32,000 nt of DNA from Candidatus Iainarchaeum sp. (GTDB lineage: Archaea > Iainarchaeota > Iainarchaeia > Iainarchaeales > JAZDEL01), in NCBI GenBank assembly GCA_043808785.1, contig JAZDEL010000003.1, positions 51,237-83,236 on the forward strand, in the 5' to 3' direction. Positions within the stretch are counted from its first letter, which is position 1. Each line of letters opens with the position of its first letter. Shown in pieces: positions 1 through 8,368 of this stretch. The notes beneath the pieces were generated by a model. That model did no database searches, had not been told where the DNA came from, and saw nothing but the letters and a program-made list of their open reading frames with translations. A program made the translations under genes and the position numbers.

Positions 1-190
1 GCTCCCTTGCCTTGTCGGCGATGTTCTCTATTATTTTCATTGCCGCGTAAGGGCTGCCTTCCTTGTGCTGCGCCTTGACAATTATTCCGCCCGAGCACTT
101 CGCTATTGTCTCCGCCCCTGTTACGTCCGTGAGCAGCACTATTGTGTTGTTCGGCGAAGCATATATATGCACGACACCTGTCTTGCCCAT
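1..190 (-). CDS. rps11: 30S ribosomal protein S11 (uS11), 5' part only; runs off the window start
   Basis: Hand translation of the minus strand from ATG 190-188 gives [63 protein letters not shown]. This matches the uS11 signature (HIYAS.NNT..TD..GAET..SGG..VKA...SPYAAM). It follows S13-S4 as in the archaeal S13-S4-S11 cluster. It is truncated, so it is absent from the ORF track. Confidence 0.9.
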   Translation of the reverse strand, partial: MGKTGVVHIYASPNNTIVLLTDVTGAETIAKCSGGIIVKAQHKEGSPYAAMKIIENIADKARE

Positions 191-192
191 AA

Positions 193-1038
193 TCACATCC
201 CTGCCTTCCCTTCGTCGGTTTCATCCGCAGTTCCGGGGAAACCTATAATCTCTTCCTTCTCCGGCTTCGCGCCGGGAATGTCGGAAGGAACTGTTTCGTC
301 CTCCGCGCTTGTTACTTTCGTGGCTTCCCCCGTGCCAGCTTCATCATCCGCACTCGCGGCCCCATCTGCAGCCTTCGCGCTTTCCTTCCCGCCGGCTTTA
401 GCATCGGCCTTCCCTTCCTCAGCAGTGCCCGAGCCCCTGCCGCCCTCCGCAGCAATCGCCTCGGCTTCCGCAGCGCTCCCCGCATGGGCATTGAGGCCGT
501 GCTTTCCCGCGTGCAGTTTCTTTATCAGCTTTGCATCTTCCTTTTTTTCAAGCTTTATTTTCATGGGCTTCCCGAAGTATGAAATCTTGCCCTCTTCGTC
601 GCGCAGCACTATGTAACCCGGGCAGTTTACCTTTTTCCCGTTTATTGCAATGTGCCCGTGCGCTATGAATTGCCTCGCCTGCTCAATTGTGTTTGCGAGG
701 TTCTTCCTCCACACCATTGTCTGCATCCTTCTCTCGAGCAGTTCCTTAACCGTAAGCCCCAGCACGTCGTCAAGCGTTGCGCCCTGCTTCAGCAGCCCCA
801 TCCTGTCAAGGCTGAGCATAAGGACACGCTGCCTTTCCTCGCGCTTCTCCGCGCCGAGCGCAAGCAGCTTCCTCGCGTTCTCCCTCTTCTTCCTGAGTAT
901 TGTCTCTATCCTGCGCAGTTCCCTCTTGTTCTTCAGGCCGTATTCCGTTAGCAGTACCCTTTCCCTCTCAAACCTGTTCTTGTCCCACCTCTTCCTCGGG
1001 ACCGTGTACTGCTTCTTCAGCCTTCTTGAGCCAGCCAT
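193..1038 (-). CDS. rps4: 30S ribosomal protein S4 (uS4) with a ~115-aa acidic Ala/Glu/Gly C-terminal tail
   Basis: ORF 193..1053; the codon at 1053 is GTG. The first ATG, at 1038, gives [20 protein letters not shown], a canonical archaeal uS4 N-terminus, and the S4 domain follows ([15 protein letters not shown]). The tail (nt 196-543) is [28 protein letters not shown]... Confidence 0.93.
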   Translation of the reverse strand: MAGSRRLKKQYTVPRKRWDKNRFERERVLLTEYGLKNKRELRRIETILRKKRENARKLLALGAEKREERQRVLMLSLDRMGLLKQGATLDDVLGLTVKELLERRMQTMVWRKNLANTIEQARQFIAHGHIAINGKKVNCPGYIVLRDEEGKISYFGKPMKIKLEKKEDAKLIKKLHAGKHGLNAHAGSAAEAEAIAAEGGRGSGTAEEGKADAKAGGKESAKAADGAASADDEAGTGEATKVTSAEDETVPSDIPGAKPEKEEIIGFPGTADETDEGKAGM

Positions 1039-1106
1039 AAAAAACACACCCACTCCATCGGGTTCGCAGGGTTATTTCCCCTTCGCACCCTTCGAGGCAT
1101 CGGGTT

Positions 1107-1823
1107 TCACTTCCCCTTGCCGCCCTCCTTCTTGTCCGCGCCTCCGCCCGCTGCGGCCTTTGTAACGTCCTTCTTTACAACGCCTACCGCGCCGCCCTTT
1201 CCGCGGTGCGTGCTCTTCGTCTTCTGCCCCCTGACAGGCAGGCCCCACATAAGCCTAAGGCCCCTGTATGATTTTATCTCGCTGAGCCTCTGCAAATCCT
1301 TCCTGAGTGAAAACTGCAAATCGTTCTCCACAAGGTGAACCGACTCTCCGCTTTCAAAATCATTCCTCCTGTTGAGGATCCATGAAGGCAGGCCGTGCTT
1401 TTCCGGATGCATTATAAGTTCCTCTATTTCCTTCTCCTTTCCCTCGGGGATTTCCCCGAGCCTTGAATCAGCGCCAATCCCCGTCTCCGCCTCGAAAACC
1501 CTTGCAAACGCGTCCGCGGTGCGGGTGCTTATTCCCTTGATGCCCGTGAGCGCGCGCCTTATGGGCTTGCTTCCGTTCAGGTCGCGGTTCGCAATCCTGA
1601 CAATATACCTTATGTCCTTGCCGTCCTTTGGCTGCGCCATGAATTTTCCGAAATCGTGCCTCGGGTCTCTTGCGCGTTCCTTTCCCCCCGCGCCCTTCTG
1701 CGCGTCGTGCCCCGCGCCTTTCCTTGCACCATCCTGCCAGCCGCCCTTCTTATCCTGGCCCTGCTTGGGCGTGCCGCCCTTCTGCTTTCCCGCTTCATCC
1801 TTTCCTTCGCGCATAAAAACCAT
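1107..1823 (-). CDS. rps13: 30S ribosomal protein S13 (uS13) with a ~60-aa Lys/Gly-rich N-terminal extension
   Basis: The core IRYIVRIANRDLNGSKPIRRALTGIKGIS...SYRGLRLMWGLPVRGQKTKSTHR is uS13. The start is ambiguous: ATG at 1823, ATG at 1814 (preceded by the SD-like GAGTGAT), or internal ATG 1640 (MAQPKDGKDIRY), which would remove the extension. Confidence 0.9.
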   Translation of the reverse strand: MVFMREGKDEAGKQKGGTPKQGQDKKGGWQDGARKGAGHDAQKGAGGKERARDPRHDFGKFMAQPKDGKDIRYIVRIANRDLNGSKPIRRALTGIKGISTRTADAFARVFEAETGIGADSRLGEIPEGKEKEIEELIMHPEKHGLPSWILNRRNDFESGESVHLVENDLQFSLRKDLQRLSEIKSYRGLRLMWGLPVRGQKTKSTHRGKGGAVGVVKKDVTKAAAGGGADKKEGGKGK

Positions 1824-1850
1824 CACTCACTTGCCCTTCTGCCCCGGCAT

Positions 1851-2081
1851 TCACTCCAGCGCTTTCACAATCTCCTCGTGCTTCGCCCCTTTTGAAACCT
1901 CGATCATGTCGTTCGTCGGCATGAGGTGCCTTATGTTGCACCTGCGCCTTTTCACTCCCTTCCCGTCTATTGTAACGAACTCCTTTTCCTTTCCCGCGCC
2001 TGCCTCGACAATAACAACCTTTGCCCCCGCTTCCCTTCCGCGGGTTTTTATGCAAACCCTCCCCACTTCCATTGCGGGCAT
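1851..2081 (-). CDS. rpl14e: 50S ribosomal protein L14e (eL14)
   Basis: 76 aa: MPAMEVGRVCIKTRGREAGAKVVIV...GVKRRRCNIRHLMPT, a KOW-type eL14 pattern. TAATG overlap with the rpl34e stop. Confidence 0.9.
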   Translation of the reverse strand: MPAMEVGRVCIKTRGREAGAKVVIVEAGAGKEKEFVTIDGKGVKRRRCNIRHLMPTNDMIEVSKGAKHEEIVKALE

Positions 2082-2419
2082 TACTTACCCCCCCCGATTG
2101 AAGAGGTTACAAAACCGCGGAGTTTAACCCCCACAGCCTCGACCTTCTTAATCCCGCACTGCACCATTGTGCCCTCCTCGAAAACAAGCACCCTGCATTT
2201 CGTGCAGAGCACCCCCCCGAAAGGAACGCTGGGCCTGCGCCCGCTTTTTGAAAGTTTCTTTGTTGCGCACTTGCCCTTTCCGTGCGGAACACCGTGCAGC
2301 ACCGAGCCGCACGCAGCGCAGCAGTGCTTCCCCGACTTTCCAGTGAAGTACTTTATGCGCTTCCCGCCCGGTGCGCGGAAGAACTTCCTTTCCCTTCCCC
2401 TCTCCGCGCGCGTGGGCAT
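2081..2419 (-). CDS. rpl34e: 50S ribosomal protein L34e (eL34)
   Basis: 112 aa: RAPGGKRIKYFTGKSGKHCCAACGSVLHGVP...CTKC. This is the eL34 zinc-ribbon pattern. Conserved position after the DUF106 gene. Confidence 0.88.
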   Translation of the reverse strand: MPTRAERGRERKFFRAPGGKRIKYFTGKSGKHCCAACGSVLHGVPHGKGKCATKKLSKSGRRPSVPFGGVLCTKCRVLVFEEGTMVQCGIKKVEAVGVKLRGFVTSSIGGGK

Positions 2420-2898
2420 TACTTCACCTCCCTTGATTTTTTATAAATCCCCATCAATGAACTGAACACAAGGCTGAAAACAAGCGAGCAAAGTATATAC
2501 CATCCAAGCCAGTTGGTTTCATTGTAAAGCATTATGAAACTCGTGCCCCCAAACCAGGGCACCGGCACAGGCAGGTTTATTGTCGCGCTCGAATATGCCG
2601 CGCCTATGAGCATAAACGCGGGAAGGAAAATAACCATGCTTATCACCATAACCTTCATGCTCCCGCCCATCATCTTGCTCATGCCTTCCATCATTTCCTT
2701 CTCGAGCCTTTCGAGCTCGGCCTTTGCCGAGCCGTCATTGCGCTTCACAAGTTCCTGCATCCTCTTCTGCCTTGCCTTCATTTCCTTCTGCGCCGCCAGC
2801 ATCTCGTCGCGCCTGCCGAACTTAAGCTGGATGAACTGCGATACTATCGCAAGCAAAGCCGAAATGGCGACAATGTCTATCTGTGGGTTCACGAACAT
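2419..2898 (-). CDS. DUF106 family membrane protein (archaeal Oxa1/EMC3-like insertase homolog)
   Basis: Layout is an N-terminal TM, a charged coiled coil (KEMKARQKRMQELVKR..LERLEKEMMEGMSKMM), then two C-terminal TMs. It holds the conserved position between secY and rpl34e. ATG 2898 is preceded by GAGTGAT. The track start at 2907 is a GTG. Confidence 0.75.
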   Translation of the reverse strand: MFVNPQIDIVAISALLAIVSQFIQLKFGRRDEMLAAQKEMKARQKRMQELVKRNDGSAKAELERLEKEMMEGMSKMMGGSMKVMVISMVIFLPAFMLIGAAYSSATINLPVPVPWFGGTSFIMLYNETNWLGWYILCSLVFSLVFSSLMGIYKKSREVK

Positions 2899-2919
2899 GC
2901 TTATCACTCAAAATGCCTC

Positions 2920-2946
2920 AAAAAGCGGAATTTGGGGGATTTCCGC
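2920..2946 (-). terminator. Hairpin GCGGAA..TTCCGC plus T5 just upstream of the DUF106 gene
   Basis: The minus strand reads GCGGAAATCCCCCAAATTCCGC TTTTT. A TTTATAA box lies at 2960-2966 just upstream. Its role (terminator, pause site or 5' UTR hairpin) is unresolved. Confidence 0.35.
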
Positions 2947-3005
2947 ACTTTTTCTGCACTTATAAACTTCCCCAGCAATAACCTTATTAAGGTTCATTTT
3001 GCGCC

Positions 3006-3079
3006 ATTCCGTAGGCGCGCGAATTGGCTGCTGCCAATTGCGCCCGTTTTGGCCGCCCCAAAACAGGGCAATCCGGAAT
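3006..3079 (+). repeat. Y-shaped nested inverted-repeat element, copy 1 (intergenic)
   Basis: The outer stem is attccg 3006-3011 / cggaat 3074-3079. Hairpin 3017-3043 is gcgc-g-aattggc tgct gccaatt gcgc. Hairpin 3046-3064 is gttttgg ccgcc ccaaaac. It has the same architecture as 13163-13242 read on the opposite strand, with identical arms GCGCGAATTGG and ATTGCGCCC. Confidence 0.7.
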
Positions 3080-3137
3080 ATGTGGGCTGTTTTCAACAGC
3101 CCGGTAATATTTTGTGTCAAATTTCCCGCCATTGCAT

Positions 3138-4583
3138 TCACCCAAACAACTTGCCCAGCATGGGGTGCATATCCATAAGCTGCGCCCTTGCAAGTTCCTC
3201 ATAAAGCCTGTAAACAATCCCCACTGTCAGAAGTATTCCAGTTCCCGAGCCCAATGCGCCAGTGAGGTCCGCGAACCCCGCAAGCAGGGCAACGAACGCG
3301 GAACCAAGAACACTTATCGGCGGTATGTACCTGTCGAGCACGCCCCTCACAATGCGCGGGTCGCGCCTGAACCCGGGGATATGCATGCCCGCCCTGTTCA
3401 GCTGGTTAGCAACAGCCTCGGAACCCTGGCCGCCCATCTCAACCCAGAACTTTCCGAACACAACACAGACAATAACAAGGATTATTATGTAAAGGAACGC
3501 GTGGATCAGGCTGCCGCCGATTCCTATGAAACTCAATGACACAATGCTCTGCGCCATTTCCCCGATTGTTGTCCCCGCGAATCCGATAATTCCCGAAAAC
3601 CCGGCGCCAAGCGCGCTTCCGAACTGTATTATTATATTCTCGACGAGGCTGTAAGGCGGAATCACGATAGTCCCTATCTTATCCAGCACCGCGCCTACGA
3701 TCGGCAAATCCTTGCCCAATGTCGCCCACATCCTCACGTTTGCGAAAAGTGCGACGGCAAGTATCACGGGAATGTTCGAAACATAAAGGAACTTGACCGG
3801 GAACCTGCCCCCTGTTCCGCGCCTGCCCATTGTTATCGGTATATTGACATGCATGCCTTCCGCAAAAACAACCACAAAGAAAACCACGAGAGTGAAGAAA
3901 ACAGGGAGCAGGTAAATCATCGCATTAAGGAGGTTCTGCGTAACCTCGCTCATGAACAGCCAGAGCAGGCCCTGCCCGCCGAAAAACACGAGTTCCTGCG
4001 CTATATTGAACGGGTTGAACATGCGCCAGATCACGACTTCTGAAACCCCGCCCGCGATGAACAGCCCTATTCCCGAGCCTATGCCGTACTTGCTCACGAC
4101 CTCATCCATGTACATGAGCACTATTGCCCCGAGCGCAACCTGAAGTATCACGAATGGCAGCATCCCCGCCTCCGCGCTCAGGAAGCCGCTCATAACGTAA
4201 ACGCCCGCCTCGAAGAAGCAGAGCACTATTGCGAACAGTTTCTGCAGTGCGGTGAACCTTGCCTTGTCCTTCGGCTGCGAGAGGTCGATATTGAGTATTT
4301 TTCCCCCGACAAGCAATTGCAGTATGATCGAGGCAAGCACAATCGGGCCTATCCCTACTGTGAGTATCGTGCCTATCTTGCTTGCAAGTATTACCTGCAA
4401 TTGTTCGAGCTGCCCCGCGGATGAGGCGTTAAGCCCTATTACCGCAATGTTCCCCATTATGAAGAACAGCATCAGCACAGCGCCGGTCCAGATAAGCCTG
4501 CGCTGCAAGGTAGGCTTTGTCTCCGGTACTTTCACTTCCGGAAGCAGTTTGTAGACGGGCTCGAAAATGTCAAGGACATTCAT
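3138..4583 (-). CDS. secY: Preprotein translocase subunit SecY
   Basis: 481 aa and polytopic. MNVLDIFEPVYKLLPEVKVPETKPTLQRRLIWTGAVL is a typical archaeal SecY N-terminus. ATGA overlap with the rpl15 stop. Confidence 0.95.
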   Translation of the reverse strand: MNVLDIFEPVYKLLPEVKVPETKPTLQRRLIWTGAVLMLFFIMGNIAVIGLNASSAGQLEQLQVILASKIGTILTVGIGPIVLASIILQLLVGGKILNIDLSQPKDKARFTALQKLFAIVLCFFEAGVYVMSGFLSAEAGMLPFVILQVALGAIVLMYMDEVVSKYGIGSGIGLFIAGGVSEVVIWRMFNPFNIAQELVFFGGQGLLWLFMSEVTQNLLNAMIYLLPVFFTLVVFFVVVFAEGMHVNIPITMGRRGTGGRFPVKFLYVSNIPVILAVALFANVRMWATLGKDLPIVGAVLDKIGTIVIPPYSLVENIIIQFGSALGAGFSGIIGFAGTTIGEMAQSIVSLSFIGIGGSLIHAFLYIIILVIVCVVFGKFWVEMGGQGSEAVANQLNRAGMHIPGFRRDPRIVRGVLDRYIPPISVLGSAFVALLAGFADLTGALGSGTGILLTVGIVYRLYEELARAQLMDMHPMLGKLFG

Positions 4584-5116
4584 TCCTCTTCAGCCCCCGC
4601 ATCCGTGCCCGCGGCGCTTGCCCCGTCTCCCGATTCCTCGGCCTCGAAATCATCATCTTCCGTGCTTCCCTTAGCGGATGTTTCGCCCGCCTCTCCTTCG
4701 GTGCCCTCTATCTTCCCCCCCGCCTTTTCGATCGCCTCGATTGCGCCCGCGCTCGCGGAAAGGTTCCTGAGCAATATCTTATCCTTCACCTTTCCCCTGC
4801 CGAGGATTTTCGCAATCCCCTGCTCCTTCCCGTCTATGACCACAAGCCCGCCTTCCCTGCGCAGGGTTTTTTTTGCGTTCATTTCCGCGATAATTTTCTC
4901 GAGTTCGGAAACATTAACCGCCTTGCCCCCCTTCTTCGCCTTGAGTATTCTCTTTGTGCCGTAAACAAGGTAGAACTTGCTGAACTTGTGCTTGTGCGAG
5001 CCCGCGTTTCCTCTCCCCCCTCTGCACCCCGCGCCGCGCCTGTTCTTCTTGTTCCCGCCGCCGTGGTGCCTCTGCCCGCGCGCCTTGATTTTCTTCCTGC
5101 CTCTCCTTACAACCAT
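4580..5116 (-). CDS. rpl15: 50S ribosomal protein L15 (uL15) with a ~40-aa acidic C-terminal tail
   Basis: First ATG at 5116 (the track start at 5146 is TTG). MVVRRGRKKIKARGQRHHGGGNKKNRRGAGCRGGRGNAGSHKHK is the uL15 Gly/Arg-rich N-terminus. The tail is EGTEGEAGETSAKGSTEDDDFEAEESGDGASAAGTDAGAEEE. Confidence 0.92.
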   Translation of the reverse strand: MVVRRGRKKIKARGQRHHGGGNKKNRRGAGCRGGRGNAGSHKHKFSKFYLVYGTKRILKAKKGGKAVNVSELEKIIAEMNAKKTLRREGGLVVIDGKEQGIAKILGRGKVKDKILLRNLSASAGAIEAIEKAGGKIEGTEGEAGETSAKGSTEDDDFEAEESGDGASAAGTDAGAEEE

Positions 5117-5159
5117 TTCAACACCAGCCCTTTCAGCAAAATCCAAACATGCAAAACGA

Positions 5160-5627
5160 TTAAGCCATTTTCACTATCAGTTTATTTATTTCTTTTCCCC
5201 TGTATCCTAGCACGCCCCCCTCGGCGTAGCCCTTCTTTATCCCCGCCCTTTCGAAGCCCTTGCTTGGCGGGTTAAGCCTGAACACCGGTTTTATCCCGAA
5301 ATCCGCAAGCTTCTTTTTCCCAGAGAGCACAAGTTTTGCGATTTCCTCCGCGCCCTTAACCTTGTGCTTTGCGTAAAATGCGGAGTCAAGCCTCTTATTC
5401 CCCACAACGCGCCCGCGTTTCGCTATCACGTGCGCAAGTGCAGCCTCGCCGATTTCGCCGTATGTCAGGTAATCCCTTGACTTCTTAATCATGCCTTTTG
5501 CCGTGCCGTTCTCGGGCAGGAGCACCATATGGTTTGCCCTGTGCAGCCTGAGCAGTTCGAGCGTGTCCCTGATTTCCCACTTCACGTCGACCTCTCCCCT
5601 GACCCTTATTGCAGCATACATCGTCAT
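5160..5627 (-). CDS. rpl30: 50S ribosomal protein L30 (uL30)
   Basis: MTMYAAIRVRGEVDVKWEIRDTLELLRLHRANHMVL is the archaeal uL30 pattern. ATG at 5627 (5630 is GTG). Confidence 0.92.
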   Translation of the reverse strand: MTMYAAIRVRGEVDVKWEIRDTLELLRLHRANHMVLLPENGTAKGMIKKSRDYLTYGEIGEAALAHVIAKRGRVVGNKRLDSAFYAKHKVKGAEEIAKLVLSGKKKLADFGIKPVFRLNPPSKGFERAGIKKGYAEGGVLGYRGKEINKLIVKMA

Positions 5628-5648
5628 CACACCCTTTTGGTTAACAAT

Positions 5649-6380
5649 TCAGCGCTTCTCCTCTGTAGCAATTCCCTTCATCCTCGTTGTCTGCGCAAGC
5701 GCGTCAATCGCCGCGGCAACGAAATCCAGCGTGCTCATCGTGTTGCCCTTTGTCTTCGACCACACGTCGCGCAATCCCGCAAACCTAAGCACGTCCTTTA
5801 TGTTGTCCCCGACAACAAGCCCTGTTCCGCTGGGCGCGGGGAGGAGCAAAACCCTCACGCTCGAGGATTTGCCCTCCACTGTGAAAGGGACCGAATGTGC
5901 CGTGCCGCAGGTGCATTCCCACGAGCCGCAGCCGCGCCTTACCTGTACCATCGCAAGCTTCGCCTTTCTTGTAGCTTTCCTCACCGCTGGCCAGCGTTCC
6001 TTATCCGTGGCCATGCCCAAACCTATGTGCCCGTTCCCGTCCCCGACAAGGACAGAAACCCTGAACCTGAACATGCGCCCCGCGCGCCTGACCTTTGCAG
6101 TCTTCTTGAAATCGACCATTTTCTCCTGCAGGTCGGGCACAAGGTAATCTATAATCTCGGGCTCCATAACATGTGCGTTCTGCTCGAACAGCTGCGCAAG
6201 CGATGCAACCTCGCCCTTCTGCACCCTCCTGCCGAGGTCGGTTTTCGCAACCCAGCCCTCAAGTTCCTTGCGCTTCTGCTCCTCCGCATTGAACCTCGAC
6301 TCTGCGCCGTCCCTGCCTCTCCTCGGGCCGCCTCTAGGCGCGCCCATACCCATTCTGCCCCCTAATTTAACACCCATCAT
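5649..6380 (-). CDS. rps5: 30S ribosomal protein S5 (uS5)
   Basis: 243 aa: WVAKTDLGRRVQKGEV...RFRVSVLVGDGNGHIGLGMATDKE...GTGLVVGDNIKDVLRFAGLRDVWSK. These are the uS5 dsRBD and C-terminal domain. ATGA overlap with the rpl18 stop. Confidence 0.95.
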   Translation of the reverse strand: MMGVKLGGRMGMGAPRGGPRRGRDGAESRFNAEEQKRKELEGWVAKTDLGRRVQKGEVASLAQLFEQNAHVMEPEIIDYLVPDLQEKMVDFKKTAKVRRAGRMFRFRVSVLVGDGNGHIGLGMATDKERWPAVRKATRKAKLAMVQVRRGCGSWECTCGTAHSVPFTVEGKSSSVRVLLLPAPSGTGLVVGDNIKDVLRFAGLRDVWSKTKGNTMSTLDFVAAAIDALAQTTRMKGIATEEKR

Positions 6381-6889
6381 TTACCACCATATTTTTTTTC
6401 TATCGCATCCTTAACCGCAATGAACTGCTTTGCCGCGTCCTCCGAAATATGCTTCCCCGAAAACCTGTCTGCCGAAGGGAAAACCTTTTCGTCGCACTTT
6501 ATTTTCATCCCCGAATCTACCGCCCCCTTGAGCGCCGCAAACACCCTCGAGCCGTGCACCGGCGTGCTCAGCCCTATATCAAGTATCGCCTCCGCGGGCC
6601 CCTTTTTTCCGGCCTTTTTGCAGCAGAGGAACGCGGCAAGATATGCGGCAGGCAAATTGCCGCAGTGCATCTTCCAGCCGAACTCCTTCAATTCGCGGGA
6701 GTTTGCCGCGGAAACCATAACATCGCCCTTCTCCTCAAACCTCACAATCTGCACAATAGTGCTGTTGTTGGATTTCCTCACAACAAGCCTGTGCTTCCCC
6801 GACTTGAGCTGCGCAAGCCTCTTCGTGTAATCCGTCTTCTCCTCCCTTCTCCTCCTGAATGCCGGCTCGTATGTGGAAGTGTGGCTCAT
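6377..6889 (-). CDS. rpl18: 50S ribosomal protein L18 (uL18)
   Basis: 170 aa: FRRRREEKTDYTKRLAQLKSGKHRLVVRKSNNSTIVQIV is the uL18 pattern. Confidence 0.93.
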   Translation of the reverse strand: MSHTSTYEPAFRRRREEKTDYTKRLAQLKSGKHRLVVRKSNNSTIVQIVRFEEKGDVMVSAANSRELKEFGWKMHCGNLPAAYLAAFLCCKKAGKKGPAEAILDIGLSTPVHGSRVFAALKGAVDSGMKIKCDEKVFPSADRFSGKHISEDAAKQFIAVKDAIEKKYGGK

Positions 6890-7326
6890 TTTCCGCCCCC
6901 CCTTACATATGCCTCAAGGTATTTCTTTCCCCTGAAATAATTTCCCTTAACCATCTTGTACACCGTGCTGTAGGGCTTCTCCATTTTTACCCCGCCCTTC
7001 TTCAGTTCCGCAAGCATCTTCCTCTGCGCCCTTACGTTCCTTACCCACACGGACTTGCTCTGCATTCTCGCCTTCTTCGTCCCTGCCCTCTTTCCGTAGC
7101 CGCGCTTCCTGCCCTTCTTCCTTTTGGTGTGCATTGCCTTTGCCCTGCCCCTGCTCATGCCGATGAGCCTTTTCTTTTTTATAAGCCCGTCGGCAATCAG
7201 CGCCCTTACGTCCTCCTTTGTCATGCACTCCGCAATCTTAACGCTCTCCGCGGGGTTGAACCGCACCCGCGTTTCCCCGACTTTAAGTATGCGTGCTGCA
7301 AGCCTTCTTACCTTGTACAGTTCCAT
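6886..7326 (-). CDS. rpl19e: 50S ribosomal protein L19e (eL19)
   Basis: 146 aa: MELYKVRRLAARILKVGETRVRFNPAE...RGRAKAMHTKRKKGRKRGYGKRAGTKKAR is the eL19 pattern. Confidence 0.93.
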   Translation of the reverse strand: MELYKVRRLAARILKVGETRVRFNPAESVKIAECMTKEDVRALIADGLIKKKRLIGMSRGRAKAMHTKRKKGRKRGYGKRAGTKKARMQSKSVWVRNVRAQRKMLAELKKGGVKMEKPYSTVYKMVKGNYFRGKKYLEAYVRGGGK

Positions 7327-7428
7327 AACATCACAACCTTCAACAACTTTTCAAACAACAAACAAACCCCGCAAACCGTCGTTCGCGTTTTTTGGTTTTT
7401 TCTTTTTTTGTTTTTTCAGCCTTCGGTT

Positions 7429-8217
7429 TCAGGGGTTAACAATTCTCAAACCGAGTTTCTGCGCCTCCTCGAGCATCATCCTTTTCTTTTTCCTGCCGAT
7501 TTTCCCCGCAATCCTCACCGCCTTGTCCCTCCCCGCGGCCTTTATTTCCGCAAGGTTCCCCACAAGGACTTCCATATACCCCGAGGGGTGCATATGCCTT
7601 ATTTTCACGGGCGTCCTGTAACCCGGCTGGGGCAGCATTCCGTCCTCCTGCCTGCAGTGCATGTCTATGCCGCGGGGCGCGCGCCACCTGTTCCACTTCG
7701 CCTTGCTCGGAACCCTGAGCCAGCGCTTGCCGAACCTTCCCCTGAATGCGGGCTTCCACTTTTCGCTTATCGCCTCCGCGTTCCTCTTCGCCTCCTCGCT
7801 CTTCGGCTGTTTCTTAATCTCAATCCTTCCGAATTTCTTCCTGCGTTCGGCGCGCCTTTTTTCGTTCTCCTCGCGCGTTTTTGCGGATTCCTTCCCCGCT
7901 GTTTTTTTCTTCTCCGCTTCAGCCGGCTTTTTCCCCGCTTCAGATGTTTTTTCCGCGGGCTTTCCGCCATCGGCCTTTTTCTCCGCCTGCTTTCCCGTGT
8001 GCGCATCCGCGGATTTTTTCTTCTCCGTTTCGGCGGGCTTTTTTTCAGCCACGGCGGGCTTCTTCTCTGCAGCGGTTTCCGCGCGCGTTTGCGCCCGCGC
8101 GTCACGCGTGCCGCTTGCAGCGGCACTAGCCTGCACTTCGGCTTCTTTGCCCGCGGGCTTGCCCTTCTTCCCTTCCGCGCCCTTGCCTAATTTTCTCCCG
8201 TAAACTTTTTCAGCCAT
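7429..8217 (-). CDS. rpl32e: 50S ribosomal protein L32e (eL32) with a ~150-aa Lys/Ala/Glu N-terminal extension
   Basis: The C-terminal ~110 aa, KPAFRGRFGKRWLRVPSKAKWNRWRAPRGIDMHCR...GYRTPVKIRHMHPSGYMEVLV, is the eL32 core. First ATG at 8217 (8223 is TTG). The head is KKPAVAEKKPAETEKKK-type low complexity. Confidence 0.9.
   Translation of the reverse strand: MAEKVYGRKLGKGAEGKKGKPAGKEAEVQASAAASGTRDARAQTRAETAAEKKPAVAEKKPAETEKKKSADAHTGKQAEKKADGGKPAEKTSEAGKKPAEAEKKKTAGKESAKTREENEKRRAERRKKFGRIEIKKQPKSEEAKRNAEAISEKWKPAFRGRFGKRWLRVPSKAKWNRWRAPRGIDMHCRQEDGMLPQPGYRTPVKIRHMHPSGYMEVLVGNLAEIKAAGRDKAVRIAGKIGRKKKRMMLEEAQKLGLRIVNP
8083..8136. repeat. Segment in the rpl32e head homologous to the flanks of the rps3 insert
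   Basis: The exact 18-mer gcgcgtttgcgcccgcgc occurs at 8083-8100 and 13128-13145. The exact 14-mer gcactagcctgcac occurs at 8123-8136 and 13273-13286. The spacing is 22 nt here and 127 nt in rps3. The encoded peptides are VQASAAA...ARAQTR in both genes. Confidence 0.8.
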
Positions 8218-8267
8218 AACCAAAGCCTTTTAACCTTCCTTTTCAGCCAAACCTTCAAAACCATTTT

Positions 8268-8368
8268 CGTTTTTTATTTTTCCCCTTCCGCCAAAAACCG
8301 TTTTTTATTTTTCCCTTCCCTTCCGCAAACCCCCAAACCCGTTTTTTTGTTTTTTTATTTTCCCGCCC
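8268..8368. repeat. Three copies of a T-rich motif (coding strand: GGGAAAAATAAAAAACG) in the rpl6-rpl32e spacer
   Basis: cgttttttatttttccccttcc is at 8268-8289. cgttttttatttttcccttcccttcc is at 8299-8324. The variant cgtttttttgtttttttattttcccgccc is at 8340-8368. Confidence 0.7.

Noticed and set aside
2908-3141. 77-aa minus-strand ORF that exactly fills the SecY-DUF106 gap and overlaps the secY stop.
   Set aside because: Its first codon is GTG and the first ATG is at 3132. It has no SD-like motif. It is Trp/Gln/Asn-rich, unlike neighbouring proteins. It reads straight through the Y-shaped inverted-repeat element, the TATA-like box and the hairpin. It is more likely an open frame over non-coding structure, and I kept it only as a note in the spacer finding.
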